Origin: Daphnia carinata
Lineage: Eukaryota
NCBI RefSeq assembly: GCF_022539665.2
Contig: NC_081333.1
Coordinates: 7,998,001-8,062,000, forward strand
Direction: 5' to 3'
Length of the DNA stretch: 64,000 nt
The notes below the pieces were generated by a model. That model did not search any database, was not told where the DNA came from, and saw nothing but the letters and a program-made list of their open reading frames with translations. Below, one piece after another: positions 1 through 14,200 of this stretch (within the stretch, counting starts at the first letter, position 1; every line of letters starts with the position of its first letter). The position numbers and the translations under genes are program-made.

Positions 1-261
1 AAAGTTTCGTCGATAAATCGAGCGTGAGATTCCAAAGCATTTGCATAAATGACATCAGCCGTGAAAGAATGCTGACTGCCATTATCGCGCCATTCACGCC
101 CACTCAAATTCGTACACCCGCGTCAATACGTTCTCGCAACGGGAGGGAATGGGAGGCGAAAAACGTCGATGTTTTTTTTTTTTCTTCTTTTCTCGTTGGT
201 ATGGTAATGAAAGAGATTCGGAATACAAGCATCTGAACAATGAAATTGCGAAAGTACCGAC

Positions 262-3200
262 CTTGAGTTGCGAAAGGCTGATCGGCCGCAAGTGATGACG
301 TAATATTTGTCGTCGCCGAGCTCCAGCGTCCGGTGGAACCGCACGGCGATCGGGACGGATCGTTCGCTCGTCCGCTGTGAAGCAACAAACAAATGAAATT
401 AAAAAAACAAACCCATGGACAAACCCGCTGAAAAATGAGGCACAAAAAAAAATATATTAAATTGAGTCGCCCTTCATCATCTTTGCAAATCTCATTATGA
501 CCAATGATGGATAGATCTAAAGGCGGATTGAGAAGGGGTACTCTTTTGACAGTTCAAAGTCATTCGTTCCCCGAAGGCCCTCTTTTTTTCCATTCCAGCA
601 ATTGTATTTTAATCGCTTCAAGGTGAGTACGTACCTACGCACACATACACAAGAAACACCCACCCACCCATGTGTTGCCTCGTCCACAAGGCACGGTACA
701 GTGGGCGAATGTGCAAAGTTATCCATCCGGAAACGACGGTTTATATATTTATTTAATGCAAGACAATGGGCTTCAACTTGTAGTGCCATCTTTTTCCCTT
801 TTTCAGCAAAGAGTGTGCACACACACACACACACACACGAAGAGAATGAAAAGTAAAGAGACTACTAGGACATAGCGCCCTCCAGGCGTTGCGCATCGCC
901 CGGACGGGCTGAACCGGTCATCCGTTCATGCCAACCGCCATCTTTAAATAAATATTTCCCACTTTCTTTTCTCGTTTTAGATTTCAGGTCCTTTTCCGTT
1001 CTTTTCTTTTTCTTTCCATTCCCACGGCATGTGTGTGTGTGTGTGTGTGAGTAGGCAGTCATAAGGCATGTCTCTATCAGGGAGAATGTCATTGCTGGCC
1101 AACAGGCAAGAAAAACAAAAGAGGACAAGGAAAATAGGTGGGCGGTTGAAACTTACGTCGTTGATGTAGACGCCGCAGAAATCCGTGTCGTTCGGGCGGG
1201 CCAGCATGTTGATACGCAAATTGGCCGTCGTGTTGCCGTCACCGTAGACCGTGCAGGCCGGACTTCGCTTGCAATCGCCTCTCGCCCGATCGCACACGTG
1301 CATCACGCCTGTAAAAAAGCGACACACACGCAAAGAAATACACCTTAATTAAAGAGACACCGCAATAACAGTCACGTGTGTTAGAATCATTCATTTCAGA
1401 AAGAAACGATTATGTTTTCCAACTTTTGCTTCATTTCCATTCGCGTTGGAAAGATGAATTTGCAGTTTTCTCTTTTGTACAAGGCTAAAGAATCAACCAC
1501 AGACGTACGTGTTGGAGAATTCACGATATATCTATCATTCCGTTGGCTGCGTGTCGGATCGATTGAAAGACCGATAAAGGACATTTGCTGTGTGTGTATA
1601 TGATTTTCGGCTAGGAATTCTCACGCTGTATACACAGCACAGATACAAGTTATGCTGTTGCGGAAGGACAATAAAAATGTTGCACGCTCTATTTCGAAAA
1701 CAAAAATCAGCCCGAAACGCAATTGTTTTTAAAATTACACACGCATCGTACAGAACAAATGTGCTACACATGTTCTTTTTCGTTATTTTGTTGTTTTGTT
1801 CTGCCTCCTCATCCGCCTTTTACCGATAACACGGCAGAGAGAAGAGCGTAACAGCACCTCACTGCTTGCGCTTTGCGTGGTTGTTTTTGTATTTCGTGTT
1901 ATTACCGATCGTTGTGGGAGTGGTCGTACGTGATTGCCTGCCTAACGAAAAACAATGGGAAAATATCGCAGTCATATTTATGTGTGTCTATAACGCCTGA
2001 CCCCGAGCCGCCCCCTTCATTTTTTCCCCAATATGAATTTTATAACAAAATAATAATCTCGAACACACCCAACTTACGTAATCTGAAGAAAATAGAATTC
2101 GATCAAACCGTATACGCCGTGATTCATCATTCGAAAAACTACCTTTAAACAACAAAATTATTCCGCGAGAAAAAACAAAGAGTATGGACACTAAATCGGT
2201 TTTGTTCTTGTCGGAATGTAATAATGGAAAGAGGCCACCTTGAATCACGAACCCCCCCCCCCCCCGTGATACATAATACGTTTTCACGATGATGAGTTGC
2301 AAAGGAAGGGAAACCAGTTTTAGATTTTTTTTCTTTTTTCGAAAAGGGCCGAAAGGAGATCACACGGAGCTCGTGTAACCTCATTCGCTAGCGTTTGTTT
2401 TTTGCTTTTGCTACACGTGATTCATTCCCGCAAGAGGAATTTTCGGCGTACACGCGCGTTCGTTGAACTCCCATTGAATAATTTTTCTGTTGAACAAAGC
2501 ATTTCAAATTGGAAAATGCGTAGAGGAAGAATTTTTGTTTGCCTTTTTTTTTTGTTACTGAACTTTGTCAACTGTAAAATTCGCTTTCCGTGTTCAACAA
2601 TCAATGTAGAATTTTTTTAAATCACGAATTTTTTCGGGAGCTGCGTATTCCGTAAAGGATGCTCTCCCGCCCAAAAAATAAATAAAATGTACACCCAAAT
2701 GGATATTGCTTGTAAATAAAATGTGCGTGTGTAGCAGTGATGAAAATGTTACCTTGGAATGCTTGTTTGGTTTCCACTTTGATGGTCATCAATCCGCCCT
2801 GGCAGCTGGCCGTGACAGAAGGGAGAAATTCTGCATCAACAGGGCTAGCTAGTTGACTATCTGCCATCTATTTGTGGTTTCATGGTGCACAAAAGAAAAG
2901 TAAAATCAATGAATATTTATTACTAACGAGTTATTTTCAGGTCAGAAAATTAGACCTAACCCACAAGATAACATTCACACCGTATAAACTCCTCCTTGCG
3001 CCCATGTTGGAAAATCCTTTCGGAATACACCCCAAGAATGAAGAGAAACAGGCAAAAATGAATCACTATTTTAAGGTCTTCGAGTCAGAAGAAAAGTCAT
3101 AAAATTTGAGAGAAAAAATTGGAAAGCGAAGGCCGTTCGAGACAACACCGATCTCCTTAAATGGACGGACGCCAACGGCGCTGAAAGTGAACGATGCCTG

Positions 3201-6200
3201 TAAAAGGGCGTACTGCCGACCGTGCCCGGCCATCCGAAGGCCATCACTGATCTTTCCCCATCGTTTTTGGGAGGGTGAGATGATGCTGCACGTTGCCTTC
3301 TGTTGTTGCTCAACTGACCGATTTCCCATATGCGGAACGAAAACATACAACCTAAAAAATTGGTTTCCCCTTGAGCTTTTGTTAGGCAGACAATCGAATA
3401 GGAAAAAATATGGCAGTTGAAGAGAAAACAGAAGATTCTTGGGGTTTGTCTAAGCAATTGAATATGTGTGTCCGCAGTCTTGACGTTGTTTGAATTTCGC
3501 CGAACGCATATGGCAAAAAAAAAGGATGAAATGAGATTAACTATTAAAATAAACCTGTTTTTAATTCCATGTGAAGATGCCTTTGTGTGTCGACATTTAG
3601 TTTTTCGCTGTACCACTGTCGGCTTTCCAGCACACGTTGTTTTTAACTGTATTTGACAGATGAGTTTCTTTAGTTGAAAACAACACGGCGATATTCACCA
3701 ATGCAAGCATTTTGGATTCTTTCGGGGCAAATTTGAATAACAAATAACTGACACGGAATGAAATCAGCCCATAGCAATTATTATTGTTATTGTTATTCTG
3801 ATTGTTTTTGCTTTCGGCCTCGGGTTGCCTTTTCTAACATCAGGTTTCACCGATGGCAATAATAGTTTAACAGCTCACCATAGTCAAACAGGTTTCTGCT
3901 TATTTCTTTATACTTGGAATGTGATGAACAATGTCTTTGTCTGCCTAACATAAAACTGAGGTAGAATTTACACTAGTCGAGATTATAAACCTTAACGAAA
4001 GTACCGAAACAATTGACTGAAATTTGTTTCATCGGCTGGCACCCTGTTGCTTAAGTACAACATTGCGAGATCGCATTAATTTCTATCCTCTTTTTGTTAG
4101 TTTTTATGAATAATCAACGTAAGCCTTTTTTTCTTCTTTTTTAAGTTATTATTCATTTTTTTCTTTAGGTAATTCTCAACGTAAACTCATTAGGAGAACC
4201 TTCAAAATAAGTAAAAAAAAAACGTAGGTTTCGCGGGTTGTGAGCGTCATTTGTGTGGGGACGTGTGTGTCAGCTTGACGTCCATCTGCCATCTTTTCTC
4301 CACTGGCCAACGAGGTTAAAATAGCCATTTTCAAAATGGTAGAACTGCTGGCTGGCAAATTAGTTGTTTCCATGCTATCTTAAGTGGGTATTTACTGAGT
4401 GTTTACCAGCAGTTTTTGTCTCTTCTACAACTGGAAAATTTACGACCAAAAAGGTATTTATCTTTTTTTCTTGTTTTTCCCCTTCCCCCATACCCTCGCC
4501 ACTTCTCTAGAGAGTGATGGAAAATATCGTGTTGCATGCTGGTGTTGACCAAATTCACTTTGGTAGGTTCTTTGTAGAAAGCGAAAAAAAGAGAACCGAT
4601 TTACTAAGTTCAGTTCATTTACCTCAAGTCAGATAATAATCGAGCGACAAGAACCACTAGAAATAATGGAGAGTAGGCAAGGAGAAAAAAAGATGAAAAA
4701 AAAAATTTCCAGGAAAAGGCAAGAAAAAAAAGTGTAAGAAGAATGGACATCAAGAGAGGCCAATTAGCCCGTGACGAAGTCGATTATCTATGTCCTTTGT
4801 TCTTTCTCTATCTATCTATGGCTGCTTTGTTCAATTCGTGTTGCTGAAGCTCCAAAATCGGAATGTGATCATGTAGCGTTGTTATGCGGTTAAATGCAGG
4901 ACATACCCCATGATCGTTATCATTAAAAAGGTTGTAGATCGACGTCCAGAAGCGGGTACTTTAAGTGTATACACACACAACGATATCACACCACAGCGTA
5001 CAGTAATGTGAAAGCTAGTGGGGGTGAAAGACACTAAAACTCCACAACAAAAAAGTTTTATTTTACTTTTGTTTAATCTAGACTTTTTTTTTCTTTTTCT
5101 AGGTTGTCCTTTACGATAGGTCGTTGTGGCTCGATGAGACAGGCCTAAAGTTTTTGTTTTGTGCCGACCTTGGAAACCGTATAACATCTAACAGCAGGTA
5201 GCAGCAGGTATACACTTAATTCATTTCAAGATATAATCACATCATTCGAGCGCATTCTTTACCTGTTACGCAGATACCCTTCTCTGCCTTAACTGCTGTG
5301 TGGTTATCCCTTCAAGAAATTTCCATTAGGAAAGAGCTTGCTGAGCCTTCACTTCTCTGGTCTTTGTTTCCCTATTCGTTGGCATGGAGAGAAACTGTCA
5401 AAACCTCAAAAGGAAGGAAGAATAACAAACAAAGCAGCTCTCCAAGAATTGTTTGTTTTGCTCAGTGAATCGACAGGTCCTAGTTTCGAATCAACAAATA
5501 GTGCAGCTATGCCTCGTGGAGCTGCAGGCAAAAGAAGACAAGGAAGAACAGAAAAGTAAGAATGTAGGTAGCCTCAATCTAACGTCCCTTTCTTAGCCGG
5601 AAGGACTGAATCGGCAATCCAAGTCACACATACAGACACATGTAAGATATAGCACTGTAAAATTCTTTTTTGCCGTTGTTGTTAATATGCATGGGCGGCT
5701 ACGATGCCAGTCAAGTCTCGTGCGGGAAGTGAAAGCAGCTATTTGTTATCAGAGAGCACGTCCGCACGACACACCGTATACAGCGTGGCAGCGCTAGATG
5801 GAAGACGTGTCTAGATGGCGACGTAGTATGCGCAGCAACACAACAGACAGGTTAGACGGATAGGTAGTGAAGTACTTGGAAACGAACGAACGAGAAAAGG
5901 AGAATTTCTCTTTGAATTTTTGTTGTTTTCTCTTCTCCTTTTATTCTTCCCTTCGTTGTCTTCGTCGGCCCTTACCAAATTGGGCACCGTGTCAGATCAG
6001 ACCGGGAGAGAGAGAGAGAGAAATCCATGTCAGGATGGCCCGCTTTCACCAAAACGACGGACGATCCATTCCAGCTCAACAGGTGAAAACTGACCCGCTG
6101 TAAGCCATTATTGTTTCTCGGCCAAAAGAACAAATCAAGAAAGACGTATCGTTCCACTGCTGTTGTGCTATTCCCTTTGCAAACGGGTCTGCGGTCCCTT

Positions 6201-7915
6201 ATACAATGCGTACCTCTCTTGTTTTATCTTCGCTTTTGACATGATGGCTTTTTACAGGGGTCTTCTGCTGTCTACCTCCTTTTTTTTTTTTCGTGTTTAG
6301 CGCTTAGACTAGGTAACGAGGCCAGTGAATGTCCAAAACTAGGGAGAGAGCGTGATATCGGGACTGATTCTGTTTTTGTCGTTTGTTTGTTTTTCTTTTT
6401 CTTTTTTTTTTACTGGTGCTGGTATTTGGAAGAGAAGATTTTCGAGGCTCGCATCCGGACAATCAACGAACGCTCGCCCGACTCTTAAACGCCGCCATGT
6501 GCCCCGTTACAGTGCCGGAAGAGGGCGTCGTCCCCGTGTGTTCAGGCTCAGCGCAGATAGCGAAGTTGCACGACACAAATCAAAGGCAGGGAAATAACAA
6601 ACCCAATAGAGAGACTCCATACAACTATGTAATTTATGTACATAGTACACTCTGCTGCATGTATGCTGGTCTCGTCCGAACGAGACTCCACGCTCGATTT
6701 TGTTTTGTTTGGATGTTTTCTCTCATTTCAATATCCATCCATCAGTTCATACCAATTTTTTTTTTTTCTAAATCTTTCTATTGTTTTTTTTTTTTGTGCG
6801 TTATTCAAGGCCTCCCTGCCAAATCAAAAACGATTTGTTTCTCCTTTTTTCCAAACCCGCGAACATAGTCAATCACAAAGAAAGGAAACTAATATCAAAC
6901 TTTTGAAGTAAGTGGAAATATTTCAATTGCTAATGTTTTGTTCTGTACGGTGATTGTCTTTTCCCTGATTTCCCACTTTTCGTTCGTTTGAGCTATTCGA
7001 GCCCAAGAAGGCCATCGGAATTGAGATTTTGATGTAATAATTTCGAAAAACAAGGACAACTCTGAAACCCGCTTTGCAAGCTTTGACCATCCCTATGCAA
7101 CTGGTTTATTTGTTTTTGGTTTTTCGGCGTTATTGCTGTTGGTGTGCCAACCCATTCCAACTTAAATTTTTGTTTCTCCTGTCCCTTTCCTCTTCTGAAG
7201 AAGGAGAAAAAAAACAAAACAAAAAAAAACAGAGGAGGGGTTTGGAAAGAAATAAACGAGGAATGGCAAGAAAGAGAAGAAGCTTAGCGGTAGAAAGTCT
7301 TAGAGGCGGTGACTCGAAGCGTGACGGCGCGCACCTGCCGCTCTTTTACCTTGCGCCACCTCAAATTTCTTTTTTTTTTTCCCTTCATTATTATTGCTAC
7401 TTATAAATAGTAAAACTAGTTTTGTTGCCGTTTTTTTTTTCCTACCCTCTACTCTCGAGTAGAAAACAAATCCATTGAGCTTTATTTATCGTTACGCTTT
7501 TCTCACATTTTTAAATCAAAATTCCATCTCGACTAAAATTCTTGTTTTCACGTAGGTTTTCTGGCTTGGCTGCTTGATTTTCCAACCGTGTCTACTCCGT
7601 GATGTAGTGGCTCTTCAATAAATTTCGAATGATATGGAACACTAAATTCTGGAATAAATCCGTTCGAGTTTCCCTCGAAACCTCCCCCCCTCAAAAAATG
7701 AAATGCGTGAAGTGAAAGAAAAGAACCGAAACCAAAAGAGAAAGAGAAAATGGAGAGGGAAGGAAAAGAAAAATGACAAGAAATGACAACACACGGGTCG
7801 TAACGAGCTGATGGCGGATATTCGGGGCGTCATCACAGACGACGTACACACTCACCTGAATGATGGCTGTCAACAGCAAGGAGATAATCCACAGGTAGTT
7901 TGACTTCGACGCCAT
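262..7915 (-). CDS. Secreted ZP-domain/cuticlin-like protein, 5' part (resembles Drosophila quasimodo-type ZP proteins); continues off the left edge
   Basis: Exons 7856-7915 (signal peptide MASKSNYLWIISLLLTAIIQ), 2753-2867 (..PSVTASCQGGLMTIKVETKQAFQ), 1157-1308 (GVMHVCDRARGDCKRSPACTVYG..FCGVYIND), 262-374 (RTSERSVPIAVRFHRTLELGDDKYYVITCGRSAFRNSR). All introns GT-AG with compatible phases; Cys spacing fits a ZP-N module. Confidence 0.8.
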
Positions 7916-10900
7916 TTCTCTTTTTTTTTGTGTATGTATTTATGTTTGTGTTGGGTAATTTTTTTTTTTCTGATGGATGTTTTGCTTTTTTTTTTTATGT
8001 ATCGTGCCAGTATGCAGCAGCCGACACGTTGTTCCTCTTTCTCTCAGCTGAAAACTCACTGATGGATAACGCTTGCTCAGTAATAATTTTTTGTTGGTGC
8101 GCAACGCACGCGCGCCCACGTTGATCTACTATTCCCGGTAAAACCACTTGTATCGTACACTCACGCCAATTCGAATGGAACGTGAATCACTGTCGAAGCG
8201 CTACAACAATCCTTTAGCGATGGAGTTGAATGGTTGCACAAGATGTTGAATTAAAAGCAACAGTTGAACGAGTCTTGCGTAGTGGCTTGATTGAGTCGTG
8301 CCAGGCAAATGAAAGCTGACTTGTGAGCTCAGCGAACCAAAACTGAATAATAGCTAACTGAACCACAGAAAAATAACAAACTTTTTTTTGTAATTTAATT
8401 CTTTTTTTCTTTTTTCTTTTTTTTTTTTTTCACTAGCCTCGGCTTTCTCTCTGCTTCTCCCACTCGGGCGTACTGACGACTGGACCGGGCCGGCGCCCGC
8501 TACAGCCAGGTATATGCGCTGGATTTTTAAAATAACCACTCCTCCCTCTTCCCCCCTCTCTTTCCTCTCTTACTCTCTCTCTCTCTCTCTCTCTCTTAGG
8601 TGTATGCCCCGCGGGTGTTGAAACCAAGTGGAAGAAGAAGAAAAAGAAGAGGAACGGTGCGAAAGAGAACACGGAGGAGAAGAAGAAGAAAAAGTTCGGC
8701 CAGCGAAAAGCCGAAAGCTCGACGCGCAAAGGGAGTGAGGAAAGCTTGGTTGCGAGGCAGGTAGGTGGAGTGAAGGTGTATACACGTACCTGCTAATCCA
8801 AAAGCACCGCCCACTTCTTCCGGCCGCAGCGCGCGGGTGGTCGCGGATTCAAAACCGGCCCGACACGCTTCTCGATTCTCCCGGCTTATTCTCTCACAGT
8901 CCCATGAACTGCCTCGCTATCCTATGTGAGTATTATTTCAAAAGAAAAAAGAGAAAAATGATTCACTACCGCACCATCTAGCGAGCCGTCGATTCAACTT
9001 TGTCGGGAAAGACATAATGGAAGAAGTTGTCGCTCAAGTGTTTCCCTTACGTACGTCTGCAATTCCAGAGGGAAATGCTGGTTAATTTCATTTGTTTCAT
9101 GATGAAAAACTTTCATCAAATTAGATATTGCTCATTTCGTCCCAATTTGTTCTACTTCCGGATGGTTGCCTAGCGCTGGATGGTACAATCTCTTGGGGTG
9201 TCCAGCGACTATTTGTAGTGTAGAAACTAATCGCATGTCGCGTTCACTTGTTTTTTCTTTTCTTTTTCGCTTTCCCATTGGTTTTTCTAATGCTTCCTTC
9301 CTTCATCCGCCCATTCTTCCGGTTGCACTCAACAAAAGCGACGTCAAGCTCTACCGCGAAGACTTATTATGTTCTTCACCTTTATATAAAAGAAAGGATT
9401 TATTCTTTCGCCTTGCAGACGAATCATCATCCAGCATTAAAGAAAACCGCGAGCTAAATCTTTTTGCGTAATAACATCAACGTCCGGTAGCGAGTTCGCA
9501 TGTGATGTAATTCGCGTTTTCTTTTAAGATGGCTGGTGAGTTGTTACGCAGAGCTATTAAGGTGAACATGGTTGCCATGTACAAAGAGACAGACGTAATG
9601 CAAGAAGAACTGAATACTCAGACAGCATAATGAGAGGACACACAGTCGAAGATATCGGATAACTGGACTTCGCTGCTTAATGGCTGTTTAATTTTATGCG
9701 CTTGGTTGGTTGTTTTATGTACTCGTTCAGCCAATCTTGGGGAATTTTGCATTTTCGAAATGTTTTGCTTGCTTCATATAAAACGTTCGAATTTCTATTT
9801 TCCTTGTGGTTGGCGAGCGCAATATTAAATGGTTGCTAAGATGTTTGAGCATGCTCTGACGTGGCATCTTTGATCAACACACATGTCTCAAGTTCTTGCA
9901 GATCTGGCTGTTGCCGGAGTAACGAAAGTAAATGTCACCAATCCCGCAGAGATGTGAAACAAATTGAAAAAGCAGTCGAGCGAAACAAAAAGATCAATGT
10001 CTCCTTGAAAGATTATTCACACTGAAGCATAAGTTGCCTTTCTTTTTATTTCTTTTTATCTTAGGAGTCGAAAGTTTTGTAGATCAGACATCTCCTAAAC
10101 AAGATATCCGTATGTTTCTGCTTACTGTTCACGTTCGGCACAGACACCCCCACAAGGTACTTAATTCACTGCTTTCTTTTCTCCCCCCCCCCTTTTTTTT
10201 TTGGTGTATTCTTTTGTATATTTTTTTCTTTGTTGGCATCGTAGAGGCAAGAAAAACAGTTGGTGTGGACATTTGAAATTGTCGGTTGCCATCGTAGCCG
10301 TAAACTTTGATCATCGTAAACTTGGACTCCCCACAGCACTGGATGTGGATAACAGAACCCCAGTACTGTACCCTCATGACCGAAATTTGCATCAGGTGCT
10401 TGGCAATCTTGTTCAACGCCAATTGCGTCGAGCAAGCAAATAACTGAAAAGTAGGGTGAGTGGATGTGGTGCTAGTAGTTCGTTTAGATTGCATGCATGT
10501 TCTCGTATAGCATATATATGTTTTGCCCGCTCTTAGATCGCCATTGGAAGCAGCTGCAGTTTTGTTGGGGAGTATTGATCGCTCAATCGCCATGCGCAGG
10601 AGCGAGGACCGTGCTGAACGTTTTGCTCTCTGCATCCTACACGCAGCTATATGCTGGTTCGATCGCACGACAGTCACGAGGACGAATACTTCAGAAGCAG
10701 TCCCAAACGAAATAGGCAAGCGGTCTGATCACGGGATTTTTTTTTTCTATTTTTGCAGACGTTTCGCCTTTTCTTGCAGCCCTACCTCTCCTCTCTTTTT
10801 TTTTATCCTACAAACCGGAATCTTCCTAACGAATTTAAGTAAATTAACCAAGCTCGCGCATTTCGGAATCGGTAAATCAAAGAGGCCAAACTTCGCGTCG

Positions 10901-11246
10901 TTCGATCTTATCGCTTCCTTCTTGGTAATTCACTTTTTTTTTCGTCTTCTATTTCTTTTTCTCGTCTTTCATTATTTTTGTCAGTTTTCGTTCAGTTAGC
11001 TAGGACGGGACTCGATCGATATAACTATAATAAATTTATGGCTTTTAATGGATAGCAATAACTTCTTGTATTTATTAGAGATATTTCAGTTGGACGTGAC
11101 ACAAAACTTTACAATAACTAGTCTTCTTTTTTTTTGGCCGAAATTTATGTTTTTCCGCAGGGTTCGTTAGTTTCGAGACGAACGACCTCCGTTCGAATTT
11201 TTTTGTCTAAACAGAGCGGGTTTCACCCTGCAAAAAATCTACGAAA

Positions 11247-14200
11247 ATTTCGTTCTCCAGCTTCAAGCAATCTTTCACCGCCAATGTCAACAACCTGAAA
11301 CGGAGGTACGTATGGAGTGACATTCGTAATCCAATCAGCCGTATGTGAAGAGCAGACAGAAAAAATATGGGAGTGGGAATATGTCATTGCCTCTCTGTAA
11401 TATCAAACATAAAAACTAAATTGGATTATCGTACGTATTGCAACTGATCGTATAATATGACACATGTAGGTTTTCCTCCGGAGATCTGACCGAGTATGAC
11501 GATGCCAACGGAGATCCTCAACAGCTGCCGCAGCCTCCACCGCCGTCAACTTCAACTCAAGTTCATCAACAACAGCAACCGGCCCTGCCACCACGGCCTG
11601 TTCCGGCATCTGGGCCTAGCAGCACAGCGCAGCCAATACCTCAACCTCAACAACAGCAGGTAGTCATCTCATTATTCATAGCATAAGTGCTGTTTGGGAT
11701 TGCTCTTCTAATCATGACGAGCCCTGTTTTTTTTTTTTTTTTTTAATAAGTTGGGTGGGCAGGCTTAAGCAAGGAGTCGAGTTGCTATATGCGCAGACAA
11801 ACGCACAACCCAGGTCAATAATATGTACCATCGATCGGTCTCTGATCCCTTTCCTACACCCACAAGATGAGAGTGTACGTTCCTCTACAGTCCAATATGC
11901 TAGGCAATGACCGACGTTTCGTCGGCCCATCTTCCATTGCAGTCGTAAATATATAAGGAGTGGGAAAAGTTTGTACTGCAACTCCACTCGATGTTTGTTG
12001 GTCAGCTATGACAGCCTCTTCGACGATATAGAATTAGGTTTCAACTGAGCATAGGCTAGGCATAGTGTAACATCTTTTTGCTTCACGAATTCGAGTTGTT
12101 TGGCAACGTTAGTGATGCATTAGTGTTATTACAAGTTTACCAAGAAGAACCTCGGGCACTCGTGGGTATACAAAGGTATTACAGTGAATGGAACACAGTT
12201 TGTTGAATGGATCAACTTTTTCAGCTGGGCAGTTGTCGGCCAACGTAAGGGGATGGCACTTATTTATTTATTTGTCAGAAATCTTTCTTTTTCGTCGTGT
12301 CTTACTTGCGCCGGCTTGACAAATGCTGCCGAGATTTTTATAAGGACTTCTGTGAATGAAAAGCGACGCTCGCTTGCCGTTGCCATTGACGTCATCATGA
12401 AGTTTCGTGGAAACAGCACGCGCTATGATGGGATCATTATTTGATCAACAAGGGGAACGTGACACACAACATCGTTGTATTGTTTTATTCGGTTTACAAT
12501 GGCCAATTTTGGTGTTGATCACACAGGTCTCCCGGCTTTCTAAGTGACTTTTACGTAACGACCTTGTACCCTAACGACGAATATCGTATATCGGCTGTAT
12601 CTCCGTAAATCCACACGTTTCCTTGTAAGTGCCGTGCCGTGCCATAACGTTGGGAACCTTTTGCTCTAGTCGTGGTAGAAATATTTTTAAAAATCTTAGA
12701 ATTTATTCGGAAATCTCGAGGGTCGACAGCAATAGTTTGATCTTGTATTCTTGGAACGCAACTTGGGTTTGGTCGGTTATAGGCGTTCTGTTTGCTGTGT
12801 CTTGGGCAATGGGCGTCCATCTTCTTGGCTATAGTACCCCGGAGAATAAGTGTGAACATGGCCAACGATAGCCTGCCTCTTTCACTTTCATCCTATGTCG
12901 GTGCAGATATGAACGTAGAAATTTTTGTCCCCAATGCCTAACATTTCGTGTTAAAGTCCGCCGTTTTTTTTTTTTTTAGTTTCTTTTCTGTGTTTGTGTA
13001 GTACCGTCGGATAACTTGAATTGGCGATCGTCCTTCCCCTTCTTTTATTGCCCGCGGAAGTGTGGTAGTCTGTTGGCATTGTGGATGTGATGGATCGCGT
13101 TACACATGGAACTGTCACGACGACGAAAAGACTTAAAAAAGGATGTGGGCTAAGGAAGATGGGGGGGTGGGGTGTGTTATGGATTAGATACTCACTTGCA
13201 ATCGATTAGACGCTTTGCGATGGAAGGAAAAAGAAACAGTTGCCAGTCACTAGATGGCATAGACGCCTCAATTTGTTTCTTATTAAAAAGTTTTAGTGGT
13301 TTTTTTTTCTGTCCGTGCGTGCAATTCAAATGCGATTCAAAACGAGATTAAAGACGCCAGTCAGGAAAAACAAAGTTTAGATTTTGGTTTTTCTTCTCCC
13401 AAAAGGTTGTCGCATTTTTTTATCGAATCCCATCTAGGTTTCTTGTAGCTTTGTTTTGATTTATTTTATCCGAAACAATGGAATAGAAAATGGAATGCGA
13501 TGGAATGCGTGGCTTGATGCCTGGCTTGATGCCTGGAAATGCGATCGTGCGATCGGGTTTCGTGGCGAGATAGGATATTCGACATTGGAGATTGAAATAA
13601 GGAATGCCGCTCGTGATCATGATGGAACATTTCCGAAATCCTCATTTAGGTGTTCAATACGCGATGAGAGGCAAGGATAGACCAAGGCAATAAATTCTTT
13701 GATGATGATTCCCTTGAATTATGGGGTAGGTATTTGTGTGTACGTGGAAAAGCGTAAACTCTTCGATGGAGGAAGAAACAACAGGGTTGCGTTCAAAAAA
13801 TCCATAGCGAACAACCTCTGTGATTAAGGTCATGGATTACCTTTTGGTGTGCCTATCAGTGGCAATTTTCGTTTGATCAGGATACATTCCGGAGCTAAAT
13901 AGCGCAGACTTTCAAATGTAACGGGAACTTCTGTCTCTTCTTCCGCTGTTTCTAACTAGATGGTGTTACGCAACAATAGATGCTTTGATAACATAAATAT
14001 ATTCAAATGAAATAATGTATATATTTAAATGTGATTTTCTGCCCTCCTGCGTTTAGGACAAGATTAACGAGTTCCATGTTTCTGGTTATTCAAGGTCGGT
14101 CAAGCAGCAGCGGTTCCACAGCAACCGGACCTGTCGTTGCCGTTGAGATCAAGCAGCCGCACAACGAGCGCTCCCACATCTCCGGCGAAATCGCGCGAAT

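Noticed and set aside
400..10500. Many short Phe/Lys-rich ORFs in introns and intergenic DNA
   Set aside because: They derive from A/T homopolymers and CA/GA microsatellites; no coding signature.
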